A DNA stretch of 64,000 bases from positions 166,750 to 230,749 of the forward strand of contig JBNLVL010000004.1 in assembly GCA_050618075.1 (NCBI GenBank), read 5' to 3'. A program made the translations under genes and the position numbers. The DNA is from Myxococcota bacterium (lineage in GTDB: Bacteria > Myxococcota_A > UBA9160 > UBA4427). Every line of letters starts with the position of its first letter. Positions within the stretch are counted from its first letter, which is position 1. This document shows positions 16,731 through 24,931 of the stretch, in pieces. The notes beneath the pieces are model-generated. The model did no database searches and had not been told where the DNA came from. It saw only the letters and a program-made list of their open reading frames with translations.

Positions 16731-17650
16731 ATGGAGCATCGCGATCCCGGACCGTCGAGGCGCTGCCGCCTCCGCTGCATGGCCGCCTCCGCTGCATGGC
16801 CGCCGGCGCGGCCGTCCTGCTGGGCGCCGCCGCAGCCGTCGCCGGCGCACACGGATCCTCTTCCGCGCTCGACGGCGGGCAGGACCGGGAAGCGCTGGCC
16901 GCGGCCCTGGGGAGCGTCTCGATCCAGGTCTACCTGATCGGCATCGGAAACCTCCTGCCCATCCAGACGCTCGACGGCTGGAACCACGACGAGGACGCAG
17001 ACGGAGTCGCGGACCGGCTCGATGCCTTTCCCCTCGACCCCACCGAGTGGTCGGACCGCGACGGCGACGGCGTGGGGGACAACGGCGACGCCTTCCCGGA
17101 CGACCCGCGCGAGACCTCCGACCGCGACGGCGACGGACTGGGCGACGGGACCGACCCGTTTCCCGACGAACCCATCTGGCGCTGGATCGTGGGCGACGGG
17201 CAGCTGACGCTGGGGCTCGCGGGCCTCGGCAAGGTCCGCTGGACCTCCCTCACCGGTCTCCTGCTCAACCGGGACGGAACTTTCGCCCTGTGCGCCGAGG
17301 AGTGCTGGACGGGCACGTGGAAGGTCTCCCGTCGCGACCCGAATCGCTGAAAGCTCTTCCTCGACGAGTCGGCGCGGGCGGGATTCGGCTACGTGCTCGG
17401 CCGCTCCCTGAGCCGCGAGTGGTCCCTCGACCTGGGGTCCCTGCTCCACGTCGAGATCGATTTCCACGACGACCCCGCGATGCTGCTCGACCTGGGTCCC
17501 ACCACCTCGAAGCTCGTGCTGAAGATGAAGCATCGCTCCCGGACCACGGGCACCCGCATCGACCCGAAGCTCGCGAAGTGGCGCCGCGGGAGACTCCGCC
17601 TCAAGCTCGAAGCGCCCCTGCAGCGCGGCGCCCGGGAGCCGGCGCCGTAG
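16731..17650 (+). pseudogene. Probable pseudogene of a secreted protein with TSP3-like Ca-binding repeats
   Basis: AGGAGG + ATG 16731. A 17-bp tandem duplication (16765-16798) frameshifts the signal peptide. DAFPxDPxExxDxDGDG repeats follow, then an in-frame TGA at 17348-17350 with the same frame open to TAG 17650. Confidence 0.65.
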
Positions 17651-17728
17651 GAGCCGCGCCGCGCGGCGCCCCGCCGAGCCTGGGTTAGCCTCTGGACCGA
17701 CGTTCCACAGGGGTCCAGGGTCGCCGCC

Positions 17729-19426
17729 ATGAAGTTCCTTCCCTCCCAGCTCGCGCTCATGCTCGACGAGCGGGAGATGCGCCAGAATCTCCAGGCGCTC
17801 TTCAAGTTCCTGGCGCTGCTGATGGTGACGATCACGGTCTCGTCGGTGCTGTTCCACGTCATCATGCTGCACGAGGGCCAGCAGCACTCCTGGCTGACGG
17901 GCTTCTACTGGACGCTCACCGTGATGAGCACCCTCGGCTTCGGGGACATCACGTTCCACAGCGATCTCGGGCGCAGCTTCAGCATCGTGGTGCTGCTCAC
18001 GGGCATCATCCTGCTGCTGGTCGTGCTGCCCTTCACGTTCATCCGCTTCTTCTACGCGCCCTGGCTCGAGGCCCAGATGCGGCTCCGGGCGCCGCGGGAG
18101 GCCCCCGAGCGGGCCGAGGGACACGTGGTCATCTGCCGCTACGACGGCATCGCCATGACCCTGGTCCGGCACCTCGCCGAGCGCGGCGTTCCCTACTACG
18201 CCATCGAGGCCGACCCGGTGGCGGCGGCGCACCTCCACGCGGACGGCATCTCCGTCATCGCCGGCGCCCCGGCGGCGAGCGCCACCTACGAGGCGGTCCA
18301 CGCCAGCAAGGCGGCGCTCGTCCTCGCCAACCTCGGCGACGCCGCCAACACCAACATCACGTTGAGCGTGAGGGAGGTGGCGCCCGACGTGCCGGTCGTC
18401 GCGACCGCCGAGGAGATGGCGTCGGTCGACGTCCTCGAGCTGAGCGGGGCCTCGAAGGTCCTGCCCCTGAAGCACCGGCTGGGAGAACAGCTCGCGAGCC
18501 GCGTCGCGGGCGGCACCCCCCAGGCCCACCGCATCGGCCGCTACGAGGACCTCGTCATCGCCGAGTTTCCGGTGGAGAACACCTCCCTGCGCGGTCGCAC
18601 GGTGCGGGACACGCGCCTCCGGGAGCTGACGGGGCTGAGCGTCGTCGGGGTCTGGGAGCGCGGGACCCTCCTGCCGGCCGGTCCCGACACGCTGCTCTCG
18701 GACCACAGCGTACTCGTGATCGTCGGCACCGAGGAGCAGCTCACGGAGCTCGACGCGCTCTTCATCATCTACCAGATGACCGACGACCCCGTCCTGGTGA
18801 TCGGAGGCGGCAAGGTCGGGCAGTCGGCCGCCAGGGCCCTGAGGGCCCGGGGCGTGCCCTCCACCATCCTGGACAAGGACCCCGCCATGGAGCGCGAGCT
18901 CTCCCAGTGCGCGGACCGGGTGGTGATCGGGGACGCAGCGGAGCTGGAGGTCGTCACCGAAGCGGGCATCGGAAGCGCACCGTCGGTGGTGCTGACCACC
19001 AACGACGACGCCACCAACATCTTCCTGGCCCTCTACTGCCGCCGCCTGAATCCCGAGGCGCGCATCGTGAGCCGCATCAACGAGGAGTGGAACCTCGAGG
19101 CGATCCACCGCGCGGGGGTCGACTTCGCCCTCAGCCACGGCTCGCTCGCCGCCAAGTCGGTGCTGTCGATCCTGGATGGGGGCGACCTCGTGGTCTTCGG
19201 CGAAGGAGCGGACCTGTTCGTGGAGGCCCTCCCGGACGCCCTCGCGGGCAAGACCCTGGCCGAGAGCGGGATCGGCGCGAAGACCGGCCTGAACGTCATC
19301 GCCGTGCACTCGGGCGGCTCGTCGATCACCAACCCCCCCGCGGACACCGAGCTGGCTCGCGGCGCGGAGCTGGTGATGCTGGGCAGCGTGGCGCAGCACC
19401 AGCAGTTCAGCGAGCTGTTCGGCTGA
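17729..19426 (+). CDS. Potassium channel protein (2TM pore + tandem TrkA/RCK domains)
   Basis: Filter TVMSTLGFGD between two TM helices; TrkA-N/TrkA-C twice (second GGGKVG). Confidence 0.9.
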   Translation: MKFLPSQLALMLDEREMRQNLQALFKFLALLMVTITVSSVLFHVIMLHEGQQHSWLTGFYWTLTVMSTLGFGDITFHSDLGRSFSIVVLLTGIILLLVVLPFTFIRFFYAPWLEAQMRLRAPREAPERAEGHVVICRYDGIAMTLVRHLAERGVPYYAIEADPVAAAHLHADGISVIAGAPAASATYEAVHASKAALVLANLGDAANTNITLSVREVAPDVPVVATAEEMASVDVLELSGASKVLPLKHRLGEQLASRVAGGTPQAHRIGRYEDLVIAEFPVENTSLRGRTVRDTRLRELTGLSVVGVWERGTLLPAGPDTLLSDHSVLVIVGTEEQLTELDALFIIYQMTDDPVLVIGGGKVGQSAARALRARGVPSTILDKDPAMERELSQCADRVVIGDAAELEVVTEAGIGSAPSVVLTTNDDATNIFLALYCRRLNPEARIVSRINEEWNLEAIHRAGVDFALSHGSLAAKSVLSILDGGDLVVFGEGADLFVEALPDALAGKTLAESGIGAKTGLNVIAVHSGGSSITNPPADTELARGAELVMLGSVAQHQQFSELFG

Positions 19427-19551
19427 TCGGGAAGCGGACCGGCCGCCTCCCGCCCACCGATCCACGCTTTGGCCCGGCGCAGAGCCGCCCTTCGTGGCAT
19501 CCTCGAAGCGCCGACGCTGCCAGCGGGCAGCGGTCCGGCGGAGGCACCCGG

Positions 19552-20094
19552 GTGACGAGCCGGCAGCGGATCCACAGGCGCAGCTTCCTCAAGCTCGGCG
19601 GCACGGCCGGGCTGGCCGCGCTCGCGAGCCTGCGGGCCCTGCCCGCCGCGGCGAGCGGGCAGGCCGACGAGCCCACCTCCCGCGAGGCGTTCTTCTCGAG
19701 CTCCCAGCAGGTGATCCTGCTGGCCATCGTCGAGCGCATGGTGGACACGGGCGACCCGCGCGCGCCGGCGGTTCGCGACACGGGAACCCTCGCGGTCATC
19801 GACCGCACCTGCGCGGGGCTGCCGGCCGACGTGACGGAGCTCCTGCCCACGGCGCTCTGGCTCTTCGAGTGGTGGCCCTTCCTGCTCGAGCTGCGCTTCC
19901 AGCGCTTCAGCCGGCTCGCGCCCGAAGAGCAGGACGCGAGCCTCCGGGGCTGGATGAACAGCCGCTTCGGCTTCCGGCGTCTCGCCTTCTTCGCGCTGCG
20001 GAACCTGTCGCTCCTGGGCTGGTGGGCCCAGGAGGAGACCTGGCCGCTGATCGGCTACCAGGGACCGCTCTTGCGGTCGGAGGCCGCGTCGTGA
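19552..20094 (+). CDS. Tat-exported small subunit (gluconate 2-dehydrogenase subunit-3-like)
   Basis: RRSFLK twin-arginine signal; RFSRLAPEEQD and WPLIGYQGP motifs; GGAGG RBS; coupled to the GMC gene. Confidence 0.75.
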   Translation: MTSRQRIHRRSFLKLGGTAGLAALASLRALPAAASGQADEPTSREAFFSSSQQVILLAIVERMVDTGDPRAPAVRDTGTLAVIDRTCAGLPADVTELLPTALWLFEWWPFLLELRFQRFSRLAPEEQDASLRGWMNSRFGFRRLAFFALRNLSLLGWWAQEETWPLIGYQGPLLRSEAAS

Positions 20095-21632
20095 TCGAGA
20101 GCGCCCTCGAGCGCGGCGAGCTGCGAGAGCGCGCCGACGTCTGTGTGATCGGCTCGGGCGCCGGCGGCGCCGTCGCCGCGGCCGAGCTCGCCGCCGCCGG
20201 CCTCTCGGTGGTGGTGCTCGAGCAGGGTCACCACTGGACGAGCCGCGACTTCACCCAGCGCGAGGACGAGATGCTGCCGCGCCTGTTCGAGGAAGGCGGC
20301 ATGCGGCAGACGGTGGACGGCGGGGTGATCGTCCTCCAGGGCAGGAACGTGGGCGGCTCCACGGTGCACAACCTCTGCTACGCGTTCCGCACGCCCCCCG
20401 CGATCCTGCGCATGTGGCGCGAGGAGCACGGGCTGCCCGAGCTCACCGACGAGGCCATGGCGCCGTCCTTCGAGCGCGTCGAGCGGAGCCTCAAGGTCAA
20501 GCAGATCGAGGAGCGCGAGGTCAACACCCTGAACCGCCTCGTGCGCAAGGGCAGCGAGGCGCTGGGCTACTCGGGCTTCGTCACCCGTCACAACCGCGAG
20601 AACTGCGTGCTGTCGGGCTACTGCATCCTCGGCTGCTCCTACGACGCCAAGCAGTCGATGCTGGTGACCTACGTGCCCAGCGCCGACGCCGCCGGCGCGC
20701 GCATCTTCGCCAACGCCCGGGCCGAGCGCATCGAGCTCGAGGGCGGCCGCGCCCGACGGGTCGTGGGCCACGCGGTGGACGACTCGGGACGCCCGGGTGC
20801 GGCCTTCTCGGTCGACGCGAAGGTCGTGGTGCTCGCGGCGGGGGCCGTCGCCAGCCCGGACCTGCTGCTGCGCAGCGGCATCGCCAACTCGAGCGGCCAG
20901 GTCGGACGCAACCTCCACCTCCATCCCTCGGTCATGGCCGCGGGCGTCTTCGACGAGGAGATCCATCCCTATCGAGGGATCCCCCAGAGCTACTACGTGG
21001 ACGAGTTCATCGACCTCGAGAAGGATCCCCATCGCGGCTACGTGCTGATGCCGATCACGGGCTTCCCGATCCTCACGTCGGTGAACCTGCCGGGCTTCGG
21101 GCGCGAGCACTACGAGCACATGCGCACCTTCTCGCGCACGGCCGGGCTGCTGGCCCTGCTCCACGACCAGAGCTCGGGCAGCGTCTCGCCGGGCGCCTCC
21201 CTCTCGAAGCCCACGCTGCGCTATTCGCTCACCGGGAGCGACGCCCGACAGCTCGCCGAGGGCCTCGCCCACTGCGTCGAGGTGCTCCTGGCGGCGGGCG
21301 CTCGGGAAGTGCTCGTCCCCTACTTCGAGTCGCCGCTGGTCCTGCGACCCGGCGACGACATGGCCGCCGTCACCCGCCGCGGGGTGCAGATCGGCGAGAT
21401 CGCGATCGCCTCGACCCATCCCCAGTCCACCTGCCGGATGGGGGGCGACCCCGCCAGCTCCGTGGTCGGAGCCTTCGGCGAGAGCCACGACGTGCCGGGC
21501 CTGTTCGTGGCCGACATGAGCGTGTTCCCGACCTCCCTGGGTGCGCCGCCCCAGATCACCACGGCCGCCCTGGCCGACCGCACCGCGCGCCACGTGATCG
21601 AGCGCTGGGACGAGCTGGGCCGCGGGGTCTGA
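20091..21632 (+). CDS. GMC family oxidoreductase (FAD)
   Basis: DVCVIGSGAGG, GRNVGGSTVHN, CxxxGxCxxGC, VGRNLHLHP, HPQSTCRMG, ADMSVFPT. GTGA overlap. Confidence 0.92.
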   Translation: MIESALERGELRERADVCVIGSGAGGAVAAAELAAAGLSVVVLEQGHHWTSRDFTQREDEMLPRLFEEGGMRQTVDGGVIVLQGRNVGGSTVHNLCYAFRTPPAILRMWREEHGLPELTDEAMAPSFERVERSLKVKQIEEREVNTLNRLVRKGSEALGYSGFVTRHNRENCVLSGYCILGCSYDAKQSMLVTYVPSADAAGARIFANARAERIELEGGRARRVVGHAVDDSGRPGAAFSVDAKVVVLAAGAVASPDLLLRSGIANSSGQVGRNLHLHPSVMAAGVFDEEIHPYRGIPQSYYVDEFIDLEKDPHRGYVLMPITGFPILTSVNLPGFGREHYEHMRTFSRTAGLLALLHDQSSGSVSPGASLSKPTLRYSLTGSDARQLAEGLAHCVEVLLAAGAREVLVPYFESPLVLRPGDDMAAVTRRGVQIGEIAIASTHPQSTCRMGGDPASSVVGAFGESHDVPGLFVADMSVFPTSLGAPPQITTAALADRTARHVIERWDELGRGV

Positions 21633-21665
21633 GCGACGGCGCGACGCCGGCTCGCCCGACTCCCG

Positions 21666-22343
21666 TCAGTGGAGCTCCTCTTCGATGGCCGCCCGCAGCG
21701 CGGTCAGGGCCTGGCCGCGCACGCGCAGCTTGGTCGCCGCGTGGGACGGGAAGTCGAGGGCGGTGAGCGCCTTCGCGATCTCCAGGGCACGACTCCGGAG
21801 CTTCTCCGGCGCGACCACCTCGTCGAGGAAGCCCGCGACCACGGCCTCCTCGGGCCCGTACAGGTCCCCGACCACGGCGCGCTGGAAGTAGGCCGGGGCG
21901 AGCCGCTGCCGGGCGATCTCGACGGCGAACAGCGGCAGGGTCAGGGCGATCGAGACCTCGTTCAGGCCGATCCGGAAGTCGCCGGCGGCACCCACCCGGC
22001 GGTCCGCCGCGAGCATCAGGAAGGCGCCCATGGGATAGGCGTGACCGTTGCACGCGGTGACCACGGGGTACGGGAACGCGAGCACCCGCTCGGCGAGGGT
22101 GGCGCCGAGGCGGAGCATCTCGAGCGTGGGCTGGCGGCCGAGGCGGAAGACCGCCAGGTCGAAGCCTGCGGAGAAGATGCCTTCGCGGCCCGTCAGCAGC
22201 ACCACCGCCCCGTCCTTCTCGGCGCGCTCGAAGGCCCGGTGGAGGGCCCGGAGCATGGCCGGGGACATGGCGTTCACCCGGGCGTCGTCCATCGTCAGGG
22301 TGGCGACGCCGTCCGACAGGTCGTAGTCGACGAGCGAGGTCAT
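21666..22343 (-). CDS. Crotonase/enoyl-CoA hydratase-isomerase family protein
   Basis: FSAGFDL, PVVTACNGHAYPMG, IGLNEV. Confidence 0.9.
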   Translation of the reverse strand: MTSLVDYDLSDGVATLTMDDARVNAMSPAMLRALHRAFERAEKDGAVVLLTGREGIFSAGFDLAVFRLGRQPTLEMLRLGATLAERVLAFPYPVVTACNGHAYPMGAFLMLAADRRVGAAGDFRIGLNEVSIALTLPLFAVEIARQRLAPAYFQRAVVGDLYGPEEAVVAGFLDEVVAPEKLRSRALEIAKALTALDFPSHAATKLRVRGQALTALRAAIEEELH

Positions 22344-22444
22344 GGGAGGCTCCTGTCCCGTCGTGCTCCCCGGGTCCCGGCGCGAGCCCGCGCAGGGCGC
22401 CGGCCGGAGGGGGGGGGAGAAGACGTGGGGGCGCTCGAACTATT

Positions 22445-22462
22445 TAGACCAGTCTGTATAAT
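22445..22462. promoter_or_regulatory. LmrA/YxaF-type TetR operator overlapping a TATAAT -10 box
   Basis: TAGACCAGTCTGTATAAT (reverse ATTATACAGACTGGTCTA) between the divergent crotonase and tetR genes. Confidence 0.7.
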
Positions 22463-22484
22463 CCGTCAACGAGGAGGTGATGCC

Positions 22485-23048
22485 ATGGCCAGGGCGTCCC
22501 AGCACAAGGAGAACCTGCTGCACACCGCCGTCCGGCTCTTCCGGAGGCAGGGCTACGCGTCGACCGGCCTGCAGCAGATCCTGGCCGAGAGCGGGGCGCC
22601 GAAGGGATCGCTCTACCACTACTTCCCGGGCGGCAAGGAGGCGATCGGAGCCGAAGCGGTCGCCCTGGCCGGGCGCCTGGTGGCCGAGACCCTCGAGACC
22701 CTCGCCAAGCAACACCGGTCGGCGAAGACCTTCGTGCGCGCGTACTGCCGGCAGTACGCCGACTGGATGGAGGAGTCCGGCTTCCAGTCCGGCTGCCCCA
22801 TCGCCACGACGCTCCTGGAAGAGGCGCCTCGCTCGGCGCCGATCACCGCCGCGGGGAGGGCTGCGATCGATTCCTGGATCGCGATCATCGGCGAGGTCTA
22901 CGCGCGCGCCGGCGCGAGCCCCGTCGAGGCGAAGCGCCAGGCCCGCTTCACCATCTCGGCCCTCGAGGGCGCGCTGATCCTCTCCCGGGTCACCCGCTCG
23001 AGGGATCCCATCCTCGACGTCGGGCATGTGGTCGCCCGAATGCTGTGA
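22485..23048 (+). CDS. TetR family regulator, LmrA/YxaF subfamily
   Basis: GYASTGLQQILAESGAPKGSLYHYFPGGKE, GCPIA, EGAL. GAGGAGG RBS. Confidence 0.92.
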   Translation: MARASQHKENLLHTAVRLFRRQGYASTGLQQILAESGAPKGSLYHYFPGGKEAIGAEAVALAGRLVAETLETLAKQHRSAKTFVRAYCRQYADWMEESGFQSGCPIATTLLEEAPRSAPITAAGRAAIDSWIAIIGEVYARAGASPVEAKRQARFTISALEGALILSRVTRSRDPILDVGHVVARML

Positions 23049-23162
23049 GCCGGCGGCGTCCGCGGCGTCGAGGCGCGCACCCGCGGCCGGAGCCGCTCGG
23101 ACCGCCCCGCCGCGGCCCCCGCCATTGACACCCGAAGGCCGGCGCTGGAATCTCCCAGCGCC

Positions 23163-24881
23163 ATGTCGAAGCCGGATCCGAGCCCCTGGCGCGTCGCAGC
23201 GATCGCGTCGGCCCTCGTCGTCGTCGGCGGCGCTCTCTATCTCCCGGTGCTGGGGCACGAGTTCGTCGGCTGGGACGATCCGATCTTCTTCGAGAAGAAC
23301 CCGGCCCTCGCGAAGGGGCTCTCCCTGGACGGCCTCGAGTGGGCGCTCACCAGCACCCGCGCCGCGAACTGGCTGCCGGTGACGCGGCTGACGCTGCTCC
23401 TCGACCACGACCTCCACGGGCTGGATCCCACCGGCGTCCACGCCCAGAACCTGGCCTTCCACCTGGCCAGCGGTGTCCTCCTCTTCCTCGCTGGACTGCG
23501 CATGACCGGTCGCCCCTTCGCGGCGGCGGCGCTGGCCGCGATCTTCCTGCTCCACCCGCTGAACGTGGAGAGCGTCGCCTGGGCCAGCGAACGCAAGGGA
23601 ATGGTGAGCGGCTTCTTCTGGATGCTCGGGCTCTGGGTCTATTCCGGCATGGGCGAACGGGGCGTGGGCGAACGGGGCCTGGGCTGGCCCCGGGGCCTGG
23701 CGCTGGCCGCCTGCCTCGCCCTCGGCCTGATGTCCAAGCTGGTCCTGGTGACGCTTCCGGCGATCCTCCTGCTGCTGGACTTCTGGCCCCTGCGGCGGCT
23801 GGGGGACCCCGGCGCCCGACGCCCGATCGAGCCCGCTCGACTGCGCCGGGCCGTGCTCGAGAAGATCGCGCTGGTCCCGCTTGTGCTGGGCGCGACGGCG
23901 CTGGTGTTCGTGGCCCAGCGCAGCGCCGGGGCGGTCGCCAGCCTCGAGCAGATCCCGGTGCTCCAGCGCATCGCCAACGTGCTGGTGTCGATCGGCGTCT
24001 ACGTGGGGCACTTCGTCTGGCCCCGGGACCTGGCGGTGCTCTATCCGTACTCGAGCGCCGACCTCTCCACCGCCAACGTCGTCGCGGCCGCTCTGGGGGT
24101 CGGCGTGGCGACCCTCGCCGCCTGTCTGCAGTGGCGGCGCCGACCCTATCTCCTGGTGGGATGGACCTGGTTCCTCGTCAGCCTGATCCCCATGTCGGGG
24201 CTGGTGCAGCTCGGCTCCGCGGCCCTGGCGGACCGCTACATGTACATCCCGGGCATCGGGCTCGGCCTGATCGTCATGGGCCTGTTCGTGGAGCTGGGGC
24301 AGCGCGGGCAGCGCGCCCACACGGCGGTGGTCGTGGCGATCGTCGTGATGCTGGCGCTCCTCGCGGCCGCCAGTCGTCAGCAGCTCGCCACCTGGCGCGA
24401 CACAGTGGCGCTCTTCGAGCATGCGATCCGCGTGACCCGCGACAACCACCTGGCCCACGGCCAGCTGGGCGACGCCTGGCTGGCCCGGGGCGAGGAGCGC
24501 CGGGCCATCGACGCGTACCGGCGCTCCCTCGAGATCCACCCCGAGCAGTGGAACCTGGCCAACAACCTGGCCTGGATGCTCGCCACCCACCCCGAAGGGG
24601 ACGTCCGCAGCCCTCTCGAGGCCATCGAGCTGGCGCGCCGCGCCTCGGCCCGGCGCGGCGGCGCCGACCCCAGCGTGCTCGACACCCTGGCCGCGGCGCA
24701 GGCCGCGGCCGGGCGCTTCGGAGCCGCCCGCCAGACGGCCACCCGGGCCCTCGAGCTGGCGAAGCGCGACGCCCCGGCCCTGGTCCCGGGCGTTCGGCAG
24801 CGCCTGGCGCTGTATCAGGCGGGACGACACTACGTGGAGAAGCCGGCGCCCTGGCCCTACCCCTACGAGAACGAGCAATAG
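23163..24881 (+). CDS. Polytopic membrane GT-C-like protein with C-terminal TPRs (TMTC-like glycosyltransferase)
   Basis: FVGWDD after TM1, NWLP, HPLNVESVAWASERK, ADRYMY, multiple TM helices, then TPR repeats (ANNLAWMLAT). Confidence 0.85.
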   Translation: MSKPDPSPWRVAAIASALVVVGGALYLPVLGHEFVGWDDPIFFEKNPALAKGLSLDGLEWALTSTRAANWLPVTRLTLLLDHDLHGLDPTGVHAQNLAFHLASGVLLFLAGLRMTGRPFAAAALAAIFLLHPLNVESVAWASERKGMVSGFFWMLGLWVYSGMGERGVGERGLGWPRGLALAACLALGLMSKLVLVTLPAILLLLDFWPLRRLGDPGARRPIEPARLRRAVLEKIALVPLVLGATALVFVAQRSAGAVASLEQIPVLQRIANVLVSIGVYVGHFVWPRDLAVLYPYSSADLSTANVVAAALGVGVATLAACLQWRRRPYLLVGWTWFLVSLIPMSGLVQLGSAALADRYMYIPGIGLGLIVMGLFVELGQRGQRAHTAVVVAIVVMLALLAAASRQQLATWRDTVALFEHAIRVTRDNHLAHGQLGDAWLARGEERRAIDAYRRSLEIHPEQWNLANNLAWMLATHPEGDVRSPLEAIELARRASARRGGADPSVLDTLAAAQAAAGRFGAARQTATRALELAKRDAPALVPGVRQRLALYQAGRHYVEKPAPWPYPYENEQ

Positions 24882-24931
24882 CGCGCTCCGCCCCGTCGAG
24901 GCGGAGCGCGGCGGCCGGCGGCCCCCGTCGC

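Noticed and set aside
17348-17400. In-frame TGA as selenocysteine
   Set aside because: No redox motif context and no convincing SECIS-like hairpin immediately downstream; a second lesion in the same gene favours decay.
23125-23151. TTGACA as a sigma70 promoter for the GT-C gene
   Set aside because: The best -10 candidate (TGGAAT) is only 15 nt away and weak, so it is not supportable.
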